Source of the DNA: Lepidodermella squamata
Taxonomy: Eukaryota > Animalia > Gastrotricha
DNA length: 64,000 nt
NCBI GenBank assembly: GCA_047495785.1
Contig: JBLDXI010000029.1
Span: forward strand, 3,596,001 to 3,660,000
Direction of reading: 5' to 3'
Shown: piece after piece, positions 26,711 to 38,550 of the stretch
Layout: the number at the start of each line of letters is the position of its first letter
How positions within the stretch are numbered: the first letter of the stretch is position 1
Notes under the pieces: generated by a model
Told to the model about the DNA's origin: nothing
Databases searched by the model: none
The model's input: only the letters and a program-made list of their open reading frames with translations
Position numbers and translations under genes: made by a program

Positions 26711-27752
26711 ATGTCGATTGATTGGGATATCAAAGGCAAGGTTTGCATCGTAACTGGAGCCAACTGTGGAATCGGCCGTGAAACCGCTCTAGAGCTTGTT
26801 CAACGAGGCGCTGGTCGTGTTATTCTAGCCTGTCGTAATTTGGAAGCTGGTCGAAATGCAGCTGAATACATTCGGGATAACGCTGGCATCCACGACGAAG
26901 GCCGCTTAGCTCTTCGCCATCTCGATCTCGGCTCGCTTGAGTCGGTTAGGAAATTTGCCGCGCAGATAAACGCGGAAGAGGAACAGTTGCATGTTCTTAT
27001 CAACAATGCGGGCGTTTTTCCTCCTGAATTGACCAAATGCTTAACCGGCGATGGTCATGAGCTGGCCTTCGGGACTAACCATTTGGGTCATTTCCTGCTC
27101 ACTAACCTGTTGCTGAATTTGTTAAAGAGGTAAAGGATTTATTCCAACAGAAATTATCAACAATTTACTCCATTTTTGCTTACAGGTCCTCCCCGGCTCG
27201 TGTTATTGTTGTCTCGTCCATTGTTCACAAGTTATGCTGGCCGTGGGGTTTTCACATCGACGATCCCAACTACGAAAATTCCTGGTATTTCGGCTCAGCT
27301 TCGTATTACCAATCGAAACTAGCCAATGTCTTATTCGCGCATGAGCTCCATCGCCGCCTCAATTCTGAGTCACCATCCGCGGTGACCGTCTACAGCTTAC
27401 ACCCAGGTGCAGTTAACACGGACCTTGTCCGCCAAACCCCATGGTGGCTGAAGATATTAAGCTTCCCCATTCGAAAACTGTTCTTCGTCAACTCGAGCCA
27501 GGGTGCGAAAACCACGATTCATTGCGCAACAGCACCAGGAATCGAAATCTATTCCGGGAAATATTTTTCGTAAGTTAAAATTTAACGCCTCAGGATTGGG
27601 TTAATGAATGTTTTTTCTCCTTCAGAAATTCAGCTGTTGAAGAAACGTTTGCTTTTGCTCATGATGACCAAGTGGCCGCTCGTTTATGGGAGTTGAGTGA
27701 GAGAATGGTTGCTGATAAATCGGACGCTGCAATTGCCAAAAACTGCACATGA
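26711..27752 (+). CDS. RDH12-like SDR, subtype A; exons 26711-27129, 27186-27569, 27626-27752
   Basis: TGANCGIG, NNAG, YYQSK, LHPG; introns at the same positions as paralogues. Confidence 0.9.
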
Positions 27753-28174
27753 TAGGAAAATGTGGAATGCTATTATTTGGACTAATACAAAATTCTTCAA
27801 CCTACTAACCTGTTTAGCGAAAATTGTCAAAGTTACCAATATGAATTGGCTGAATCCATGATTCCGTAAATGCAGTAGTAAATAAAAGCTAGCCTAATTA
27901 AAATTGATTATGCTAATTATCCGTTAAATAAATGCGATCGATTGCGATAAATACGCTGAAAAACGTGATTAGTTGTGAATTGTGAAAAACGTTTTTGAAT
28001 TAGGTCAATAATTTCTGGACAGCGTGGATAGTCACACGTCACACGCTACAACCGTGAATAAAATTGTATGAAAAAACCAAACACGCATAGCGCTCATATT
28101 AATGTGCCAGCTTCTACTTGTTGATACACAGCCGAAATCTCCGTTTCACTCACTAATTCTTCATTGAGGAAAAA

Positions 28175-29227
28175 ATGACAACTGATTGGAATATTAAAGG
28201 CAAAGTGTGCATAGTAACTGGTGCCAACTGCGGAATAGGCCGGGAAACCGCCCTGGAGCTGGTAAAATTAGGCGCAGGTCGTGTTATTCTCGCCTGTCGC
28301 AACTTAGAAGCAGGTCGAAATGCGGTCAAATACATTCGGGAAAAAGCCGGCATTCATAATGAAGATGAGGCCGAACGACGCCTGGCACTTCGGCAACTCG
28401 ATCTTGGTTCGCTGGAATCAGTTCGGAAATTCGCTGCTCAGTTAAATGCTGAGGAAAAGCAGTTGAATGTTCTTATCAACAATGCAGGCGTTTTCCCTAA
28501 AAACTTCACGAAAAGTCATACGGCTGATGGCTTTGAACTTGGCTTTGGGACGAACCATATCGGTCATTTCCTGTTAACAAAGCTGCTTCTGGATCTACTA
28601 AAAAAGTATGTTTTAGAATCTTTTTTAGAGTAAAAAATTAACTTTCGCTTGAAAAATTCAGATCAACCCCAGCTCGTGTTATTGCGGTCTCATCAATTGT
28701 TCACAAATTCTGTTGGCCGTGGGGATTTCACATCGACGATCCAAACTTCGAAAGATCGTGGTACTTGGGCTTCCTGTCGTACTCTCAGTCGAAACTCGCC
28801 AACATTCTGTTCGCTTACGAACTGGATCGCCGTCTTAATTCTGAGTCACCCTCAGGCGTCACTGCCTACAGCTTGCACCCAGGTGAAATTGAAACTGAGC
28901 TTCACCGCAACACGCCTTGGTTCCACTTTCTGCTCTTCCCGCTACGAAAACTGTGGTACCAAACCCCGACTCAGGGTGCCGCAACTACGGTTCATTGCGC
29001 AACAAAACCAGGCATTGAAAAATACTCTGGGAAGTATTTCTCGTAAGTTCTGCGCTTTAAAAATCTAATCATGCTAAGATGGAGTATCCGATTTTAGGAA
29101 ATCAGCTTTGGAGGAGACATTCGCGTTCGCCCATGATGACGTAGTCGCTACTCGTTTGTGGGAGATGAGTGAGAAAATGATTGCTGAAAAATCAAAGTGG
29201 GGCTCTTGGCGAGGAACTTGTTTCTAA
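28175..29227 (+). CDS. RDH12-like SDR, subtype A (3 exons, C-terminal extension)
   Basis: TGANCGIG, NNAG, YSQSK; paralogous TGA reads TGG here, so the stop is TAA at 29225-29227. Confidence 0.88.
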
Positions 29228-29439
29228 TTGTTTCTAATTCTGGAAAAAATGAACAATAAATTCATCCCTGAGGATATGTTCACCATCTATTATATATCGT
29301 GGTTGGCATTGTTTGGAAAAATTAGTCGATGCTAGATTTCAGAATCAGGAACATATCTTTTCCGCCATTTCATTATTATTCGATGAATTTTTCAGGCAAA
29401 TATTGAACGCGGCTAGAGAAACTACACGCTTCAGTGTGT

Positions 29440-29450
29440 AAATTAGGTCA
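29440..29450 (+). promoter_or_regulatory. Extended nuclear-receptor half-site AAATTAGGTCA upstream of SDR (also 6511, 16373; variants at 5147, 15229, 27997)
   Basis: TAGGTCA followed by a T-rich spacer and TGGAC recurs ~120-180 nt upstream of six subtype-A SDR starts. Confidence 0.4.
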
Positions 29451-29594
29451 ATATTATTTTTTTGGACGCGGTGTCACATGCTTCATTGAATGAATGAAAC
29501 CAAAAACCGCACGCTCATTCATTCTGCCATTTTTTATTTAAACTTAGCATTAAAAACTATACAACGAGTTTGCTCTAACACTCTGAATAAGATA

Positions 29595-30770
29595 ATGGCG
29601 ACCGATTGGAATATTAAGGGCAAGGTTTGCATTGTAACTGGAGCCAACTGTGGCATCGGCCGTGAAACTGCTCTCGAGCTTATCCAACGAGGCACTGGTC
29701 GTGTTATTCTAGCCTGTCGCAATTTGGAAGCTGGTCGAAATGCGGTCAAATACATTCGGGAAAAAGCCGGCATTAGCAACGAAGATGAGGCCGAAAAACG
29801 CTTGGCCCTTCGTCATCTCGATCTTGGCTCGCTGGAATCGGTTCGCCAATTCGCGGCGCAGATTAAAGCCGAAGAAAAGGAGCTGCATGTCCTCATTGAA
29901 AATGCTGGCGTTTCCCCTCCCAACTTTGAGAAGTGCCTTACGGCTGATGGCTTTGAACTTGGCTTCGGGACGAACCACCTTGGCCATTTCTTGCTGACCA
30001 AGCTTCTGCTCGATCTTTTGAAGAAGTAAATTTAAGATTTAATTTTTTAATTTTTAAAGGCATTTTCCAAGTACAAAATTCAAAAAACAAGGTTTTAACC
30101 AAAATTAGAAATTGAAATTTTGTTAACATCAGAAACCCGCAGGACTTAATTCCCTGAACAATTCTGTTTTCCGAAAACAAGTTTTATTGATAACTTCAAA
30201 AGATCTAATGAAGGGTTTTAATCGATTGGCAGATCAGCCCCAGCTCGAGTTGTAGTAGTCGCTTCTCTTGTCCACAAGTTCTGCTGGCCTTGGGGCTTCC
30301 ACATCGACGATCCAAATTACGAGACCTCATGGTACTTCGGCATTGCCTCTTACTGCCAGTCGAAGCTCGCCAACATGCTTTTCGCCCACGAGCTTGATCG
30401 CCGTCTCAACTCTGAGTCACCGTCCGGCGTTAGCGTCTACAGCCTTCATCCGGGCGCTGTCAACACGGAACTCACCCGAAATGCTCCCTGGTTTTATTAT
30501 TTGACTGCTCCGCTCCGAAAGATGTTCTTCCTAACCCCTACCCAGGGTGCGGCTACTACGCTTTACTGCGCTACAACGCCCGGCATTGAAATCTATTCTG
30601 GGAAATATTTTTCGTATGTTTTAATTTCAGAATCTTATTATTTAAAACTTGGATTTTCCTATTTCAGAAATTCGGCTGTGGAGGAAACATTTGCGTACGC
30701 TCACGATGACGTAGTTGCTACTCGTTTGTGGGACTTGAGTGAGAAATTGATTGCGGACAAGTCAAAGTGA
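29595..30770 (+). CDS. RDH12-like SDR, subtype A (3 exons)
   Basis: TGANCGIG, ENAG, YCQSK, LHPG; conserved intron positions. Confidence 0.9.
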
Positions 30771-30915
30771 GACTAGTTTGATGATGAAATGTTTCGAAGT
30801 CTGTTCGAGTTGAAGCGAGTTTAGAGACCTCAATAAATCACGTCTCGAGAATTTCTTGTTTCATTCTTCTTTCCAATTACTAAACAAGTTAATGCTTTAT
30901 TTAGAAATTTTATTC

Positions 30916-30981
30916 ATGGGTTCTAGAGATTGGACTATTAGAGGCAAAGGCTGCCTCGTTACTGGTGCGAATGTCGGCTAA
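30916..30981 (+). pseudogene. 5' stub of subtype-B SDR
   Basis: MGSRDWTIRGKGCLVTGANVG* followed by unrelated sequence. Confidence 0.75.
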
Positions 30982-31458
30982 TATGTAAAGTCTTAAAGTC
31001 GTTTTATATGTAAAGTCCATGGCACGAGCCACCTGAATCAGTTCGAATTAGACAAAGTCCGGACTAGCCAAAACGTACGGTACATTATAGCAGAGCCGAA
31101 AAAATTCACAATACTCATTCAATGTCCAAAGTTTCTTGTTGAATGTCGAATCAAATTTCACATGAAAGAAAAGCCTCATATAGATAAAGATATAGATAAA
31201 ATGAGCTTTACGTGCCAGTACGAGGTCAATATTTTTGACCGGTTAAGTGAATAAAAAGCGTGCTCATGCATAATATACCTGAGTATTTATATTTTCCATC
31301 CATTCATTCATAAATGGTCTTCTTTTGTCACTATGATTGCAAAGGTCGCCATTCTTTTCAGATTTTCGAAAATTTCAGAGTTTATTTATAATTAATCCCT
31401 GTATTCATTCCTGTATTTCTTTCAAGTAATTTATTAGGATACTATTTTTCGTTTCTTC

Positions 31459-32563
31459 ATGGATTCCGGGGAGTGGACTATTAGAGGCAAGGTTTGCCTC
31501 GTTACTGGTGCCAATGTCGGGCTGGGCCGGGAGACTGTTCTCGAGTTAGTGAGGCAAGGTGCAAAACGAGTCATTATGGCGTGTCGAAACATGCAAACCG
31601 CTGCAGAAGCTGTTCAATACATTCGAGAAAAAGCGGGAATAATCGATGACGAGGAAGCCAAGCGGCGATTGTCCCTTCGAAACCTGGACTTGGCATCGAT
31701 GGCTTCGATTCGTAAATTCGCCGCTGAAGTAATTGCCCAAGAGCCAGAGTTGCACGTGTTGATCGAGAATGCAGCGGTTTACGGGCCGAGTGAAAAAGCT
31801 ATGACAGCTGATGGCTTCGAAATAAGCTTCGGGACGAACCATTTGGGCCATTTCCTGCTCACCCAACTCCTCCTTGAACTGCTGAAAAAGTTTGCTTTTA
31901 TAACTTCGGCATAAATCCGAAAAATATATCATGGTCTTTTTGCCTAACAAGACAAAATCAAGAATTGCAATAACATAATATTTTTGATCTTGTTAACAAA
32001 ACGTTCTGAATTCATTGTAGGTCCACTCCAGCTCGAATTGTGGTCGTTGCAGCTTTGGCTTATAAATTTTGCTGGCCATGGGGGTTGCCCATCGATGATT
32101 TCAATTACGAACGAGGCTGGTTCAGCCCTTGGCTTGCCTACAGCCGGTCGAAACTCGCCAACATTCTGTTCACTCGCGAACTCGAGAAACGACTGAATGG
32201 AGGGGATCAAAAATCAGGCATCACCGTGTACTGCCTCCATCCTGGTGTTATACCGACCGAATTAAGCCGGCACCGCAGCCAATGGCTACAAGCAATTTTG
32301 CGACCAATCGCTCCCTATCTTCTAACGCCGGTTGCTGACGGCATTAAAACAACGATGCATTGCGCGACACAGCCTGGAATAGAAAATTACTCCGGTCGAT
32401 ACTTCACGTGAGCCTTCTTCTCGTTGTTGAGCCGTACAGCTTTCTATACTATTTTATTGATTTTAGCGACTCGCAAGCCGTGGATGTTTGGGCTATAGCA
32501 AAAGATGACACCAAGGCGAAAGAACTGTGGGAGCTAAGCGAGCGCTTGATCTCCCAGAAATGA
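31459..32563 (+). CDS. RDH12-like SDR, subtype B (3 exons)
   Basis: TGANVGLG, ENAA, YSRSK, LHPG; conserved introns. Confidence 0.9.
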
Positions 32564-32746
32564 ATGTGTGAAGATTAAGAATAAATTAGGTAGAGGTTGG
32601 CGAGAGATTCAGAGATAACGATTTTTCGATAACATTGAAATTGAAAGTCTACAAGTCTTTAGTTAGCGCATGTAACATCTTGAAGTATTCTCGGGGATGC
32701 GGTAATACGAATGTCCCAGTATAGGCGTCCAACTAGCCGTTATTTA

Positions 32747-34696
32747 CTATTTGCATCCATCGGCATCGCAAACTGAAAAATGTTGGTTGCCTTGAAATTT
32801 TATTGTAATGCCAAATAAATATTGTTGCAGTACCTTCAACTGGAATAAGCGTATGATTGAAGTTTTATTAATAGCTTGAACTAACTTACTTTTAGAGCAG
32901 TCGGGCCCGGTGAAACCCGCTTCGCAGATGCACGTGTTCGGGGCAATGCATTGGCCTCGAAGAAAACATCGCTTCTGGCACACAGCTTTTTAAAAGAGTA
33001 GAAATATATTATCAACAACGAAAATATAGTGCATGTTCTCAAATGTTGATGAAACATTTTAGGGGTTCTGGCTTCAGTATGTTAAAAATGCTGAAACTGA
33101 AGTGAGACTCGGAAATTCCACTAACGCGCGAGACAACCCGGCGGCTTCCAGTCCGACGTGCAGATGCATCGATTGGGACGAACACACGTTCCGCCGTTTG
33201 CACAACCAGCCGGGCAAACAGCTGAAGTAATTGATGATTGTTCGATACTCAAAATTCACATATAAAGACATTACGTGTGTCGCAAAGTCCGCCAGTCCAC
33301 CCTGGTGCACATGTGCAAACGTTGATAGCTGAGCAATTTCCTCCGATGCCACAGGCTGGAGCGCAAGTCGCTTCAAATTCGCGAGTAAATTTTCAAACGA
33401 TTTCATACGGAAAGAATTGTCCGAACTTACGCTTGCGGCAATCCCACCCAGTCCAGCCTGCTTGGCAAGTGCATTTGTAGCCACCACGTTGGGTCAGATC
33501 CCCAACACATGACCCAGGTTGGCAATTAGTGGCGCACGTGATTTCTGTTCAATTTTCGTGAACAAGGTTAAGAACATGGAGGCGGTGAGGAGAAGAGGAG
33601 GTGGACGAGTGATAAGCATCGCTCTATACTACATCCTCCCGGTTGTAGGTATTGATTAGAGTACTTACAATTTAAGTTCTCAGGAAATTACTCCAATCGA
33701 TATCTACAACCAAAGGTACCCCCATCCCTCCTGAATATCACACACTGGGTCGAATAATTTTCAAAGGCTTGAGAATATTTGTAAATCGCTGATTAAATAA
33801 AATATGGTGTTGTCAATTTTCATTTCCTCTCACAAATCGTTCTCTCGATAAAGCTCTGAATTTCCCTTACGATTGATAAGCTGGCACTGTTGTCGCAAGA
33901 TTGCCATTTGTCCGACGGATAAAGCAGCTTTGTGTATCGAAACACAGGCGTACTTCCTGTTGTAAGATGCAAGTTCATTCGGCCTGGAACACAATTCATA
34001 AAAGATAACTTTCAAATATTATCATAGTTAATGAATTCAACTGATACTAACCTTCTTCCCAAGGTCAAAAGTGAGCTGGTGGCTAGAGAGTTGCTGAAAC
34101 TTGGGCTGAATGCCGTATCACAAACACCGTAAATCGATGAGTTTGCAGCATTGTAAATGAGAGCAACAAATTGCCACGTCGCGTAATTACACGCAGTTTC
34201 CGTCCAGCTTACGTAACGACTAGCGCTGAGTAATATGTTGCTGAGTAAGGGTCATATCCCCTTCATTCGCCATACTATAACGCCACAAAGCAGTTCTCCA
34301 TGTTCCATTTGTACTCCATTCGAAAATCCCACCTCTTTGCGGGGCAATGACAAAACCAGCGATTGTGAACGAAGATGCACCCATGTCGATTCTAGTATCG
34401 TTTACTTCGATCCAACTTGTATTGTCAGCTTTGTTGGTCTCCCAAGCTGTTTTCGGGGCTCCGAACGGTCCCTGAGTCAATACACCCACATTAGTTTTGA
34501 AGACAGCGTCCAGCGAATTGCCAGATGCGTCTCGCGTGCCAAACAGTTCGTTGAACGGCCAAAACGCAACAACATTGGGAAAATTTACAACTTGATTTGT
34601 CTTAAATTGTGCGACGTAGGTCTGGCTATTCACTCGAAAGTGGGCTAGGCAAATGGCAAAAATTAAAATAGATCTGATCCTGTGAAAACTATACAT
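32747..34696 (-). pseudogene. Secreted LamG-like + 4 EGF gene, copy A (frameshift in exon 1)
   Basis: Signal peptide, VVAFWPFNE..DASGN; a short insertion near 34240 shifts the frame to TAG at 34220; EGF exons, microexon and last exon present. Confidence 0.75.
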
Positions 34697-34789
34697 TTTT
34701 GCACGAAAAATTTCTTTGAAAAATTAGGTATTCTTGGTGGGTAAAGAAATATCATTAATATTGAATGATTGCGCGCTCGGTCCGTTTCC

Positions 34790-34835
34790 GGGTTCCGGGC
34801 AACAAAAGCATTAATCAGTTTCGTGATCTACTGCT
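34790..34835 (-). promoter_or_regulatory. Conserved upstream motif of LamG-EGF genes (also ~38685, ~51433, ~62779)
   Basis: CGGGTTCCGGGCAAC(A/G)AAA...TGATCT (plus strand) lies ~95-135 nt upstream of four ATGs. Confidence 0.5.
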
Positions 34836-35931
34836 GCTAGCTGCTATGGATAAATATATCAGATTTTTCGACGGTGTAAGGCAGGCGAACATACATGCGT
34901 GTCGGTCGATTCGACTTACACGTGACTCGGGTATTTTTACACTCATACCAATATTTGTATACCTACGCTGTTTTGCGTTGATTTGGGAGTTTTCAGTGTG
35001 AAAATTGAACATTACAAATGCATGAGGTAAAATAAACAAAGATCTAGCTTGATAACAAGTGAATAGGTTGACGAATTTGGGGGTTTCAGAGGCTTTTCTT
35101 TATCTACAAAACATTGTGGACCAAGGGTCAAGGGAACCGTTCCATGTTTCGGCCGTGTTTAGATTTAAGTGAGATAAGTGAGCGCAGAGGCGGTTGCAGG
35201 TTGTTTTTAAGCTGGCCCTTCCCAAATTTGTAGATCAAAGCGCGAGATTTTCATAGTTGTCTCAAGTGACCGCTTTTCTCTTTTCTCTGCGATCTCGTAA
35301 CGGCCACAGTCTTCCACCGTTCCAATCTTTGACACTAGGGACTTTGCTGCCTCGTCGCTGCAAGTGAGGTTCTTGGACCACTAGAGCACTTGCTCCCCAC
35401 CTAAATAAATTGCGAGTGATTAAGGGGAAGGCGGAAGGCCTAACGTTACAGCATCAACAAGGAGAGCACGGCGTTATCGATACAGCGACGATGAACACCC
35501 ACCACTCGAAATGAGGTTCGTTATCATGCCCTCCCCTCCACTCTCCTCCATTCTCCCCTGCAACATGGCTCGTTGCGAATATTTATTTCTACTTCCATTT
35601 TAATCAAGCTCTCTTTTCCGGAACGCCTAATAAAAATAATTCGATACATGTTTATTTGACTTCTTTGTGACAGGATTAGTACGTTAAGGGTAACAGCATG
35701 AAACCTTGGCTGCTTAAATTTCTAGGGATACGGCCAAATATCTATAGGAGCCATGCGAACGTCCGATCTCGCATGAATAAACAAATGAAACATGACTCTT
35801 CGCCAGTTCAGGTACCTGTTAGTCGTTCAACGTGAATACATTCACAATTCTTTCTAAATCAATAAATCATATGGTTTTCCAGAAGCTGTAAATAGCTTGT
35901 AACTCCGGCTATAGCAGTATCCAATAAGTTG

Positions 35932-38550
35932 TTACTTGCATCCGTCGGCTAGACAAACTGAAAGCAATAAACCGTTTGGATCATTCGAAATGAAGTATCG
36001 ATGAAGAAAGGGCAGCACTAAATAGAAATATTGTTGCATACCTTCAGAACCTGAAATTCAAATTTAATGTATAAATTCATTACAGCGTGCCTAAGATTAC
36101 GTTGTGAACAGTCAGGACCGGTGAAACCCGTGTTACATTCGCACGTGTTCGGAGCGATGCACTGTCCTCGCAGAAAGCATCTCTTCTTGCAAATAGCTTT
36201 ACAAATAGAAATAACGTAATTAGTATTATTACGTATCAAATCATAAAAGATAAGGCTCTAGCCTCTGGCCAAAGTGGAATTTGTAGAGGAAAATTTGATA
36301 GGATGAACTTTTTCAAAACTATGAATGACTGACTAACGTGCTAGACAATCTGGTGGGTTCCAGTCCGACGTGCACATGCATCGATTTGGCCGCACGCAAG
36401 TTCCACCGTTGGCACAACCAGCGGAGCACATAGCTGTGGTAAGACAGGCCATTGATAATCATTCGATTCCTATATTGCAATATAAGATATTACGTGTGTC
36501 GCAAGGTACCCCAGTCCACCCTGGTGCACATGTGCAAACGTTGACAGCTGAGCATTTACCTCCGATGCCACAGGCTGGAGTGCAAGTAGCTGAAATAATT
36601 TATTGACGAAGATTCTAATAAAACTTTCACACCAGGGAAGATTCTTTCGAACTTACGCCTGCTACAATCCCACCCAGTCCAACCTGCTTGGCAAATGCAT
36701 TTGTAACCGCCAAGGCGGGTGAGATCCCCAACGCATGAGCTGGGTTGACAATTTGGAGCGCAGGAGATTTCTGTTCAAGGTAAGCGCACTGTTATACTGT
36801 TATATGTCTAATATTGTATCTAATATAAGCATTTTGTGTAAATCTGTCAAGAATTTGGCACCAGGCATTGTCATACATGTGCGAGTTTGGTGTGCGAAGT
36901 GCCAGGGGAAATCGAACCCCTCTCCCCCAGTTCGAAAGGCCAGTGTGGAAAATCCCCAAAAACAAAACACCACAGGGGGACCCTTTGTTCATGACATTTG
37001 AAAGTCACTGAGTGAAATTTTTCAGAACCGGATTTTCGTAAGCCCTAAACTGTATGACTTTGAGGTGCTCGATCAAAAATATGGACCCACGGCCTTTCTT
37101 TGCTAAAACCATAGACAAATAATAAGAGACTGGACACTCTTGCCTTTGCTGCCGAAATTATTCGAATTTACAATTTAAAATTCCTCCTTAAGCACATTCT
37201 TAAGGAAATTTACAAATATCAGCCCTCACTATATTCTGGCGTTGCAACGACAGTTTTCATCGGCTGTGTACGAGCCGTGGCCATAAAAGGCAGTAGCTCA
37301 CGCTCTATTCAACCATATAAATTTTGAAGCTGTATCATAAAAATCTCCTCGAAAATCAGGGCTTTAAAAACTTTGAGAGCCTGCCTTGCAATTTGCCCCA
37401 TCTCGGATTCCAGAATTTTATGAGCTTTCTTTTGATACCAAGATGATACCGAGATGGGGCAAATTGCAAGGCAGGCTCTCAAAGTTTTTAAAGCCCTGAT
37501 TTTCGAGGAGATTTTTATGATACAGCTTCAAAATTTATATGGCTGAATAGAGCGTGAAAAGTTGCCCTAGATCGTGAAACCTTATCTCTGCATCGTGAAA
37601 ACTCAAGGCACAATTAAAACACAAAGTCAGTTTTTGATTTCGGCAGTATGAAATAAGCGTGAGTGTCCAGTATCTTATTATTTGTCTATGGCTAAAACTT
37701 TTGCATCTCCAATTAATCCTCTTGCAAAATGCCCTATGGGGCGTCTGTCTTGTCCTTACGATTGATTAACTGGCATTGCTGTCTCAAAATCGCCATTTGG
37801 CCTATTGATAACGCAGCTTTGTGTATTGAAACGCAGGCGTACTTCGTGTTGTATGATGAAACGTCAAGATACCTGATAATTTATATAAATCTATCTATCT
37901 TTCTAATTTTAGCTAACTGATCCTAACCTTCGGCCCAGAGTCCACAGTGAGGAGGGAATCGCCTGAGGAGTTGGGGGAACCATAGGACTGATTCCAACAT
38001 CGCAGACAGCGTAATACGATGAGTTTGAAGCGTTATATATGAGTGCAACGAATTGCCACGTCGTGAAAGCGCATGCCATTTGCGTGTAGCTTGTGTTACC
38101 ATCGCCGATGTAAAGAACATTGGGAGTCATTGCTCCGTTGTTGTTACGATCGAAATGCCACAAGTGGCCCTTATATACTCCGTTATTACCATTCCACTCG
38201 AAGATGGATCCTCTTTTCGGAGCGAAAACGAAACCAGATATAGTGAATGAAGATAAGCCTGTGTCAACTCTAGTGTCGTTAACCTCGATCCAACTTGTAT
38301 TATCAGCTTTGTTCGTCTCCCAAGCTGTTTTTGGTACTCCAAATGGTCCCTGAGTCAAGACACCCACATTAGTTTTGAAGACAGCGTCCAGCGAATTGCC
38401 AGATGCGTCTCGCGTGCCAAACAGTTCGTTGAACGGCCAATACGCAACCACATTTGGAAAATTCACTACTAGGTTTGTTTTGAATTGAGCGATGTACATC
38501 TGACCATTCACTACGCACTGGAGCATGCAAATGAATGAGATTAATTTCAT
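35932..38550 (-). CDS. Secreted LamG-like (ConA/pentraxin-type) + 4 EGF protein, copy B
   Basis: Signal peptide; VVAYWPFNE..DASGN..SFTISGFV..TWQFVALIYN..LGRR; exon 2 ACVSIHKAAL; four 6-Cys EGF exons; 9-nt microexon; final exon CLADGCK*. Confidence 0.8.
37110..37690. mobile_element. MITE (581 bp), CATAG...CTATG ends, 8-bp TSD, internal 109-bp inverted repeat
   Basis: ~30-bp TIR CATAGACAAATAATAAGA(G/T)ACTGGACACTC; TSD GCTAAAAC at 37102-37109 and 37691-37698; inner arms 37298-37406 and 37449-37557. Confidence 0.9.
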
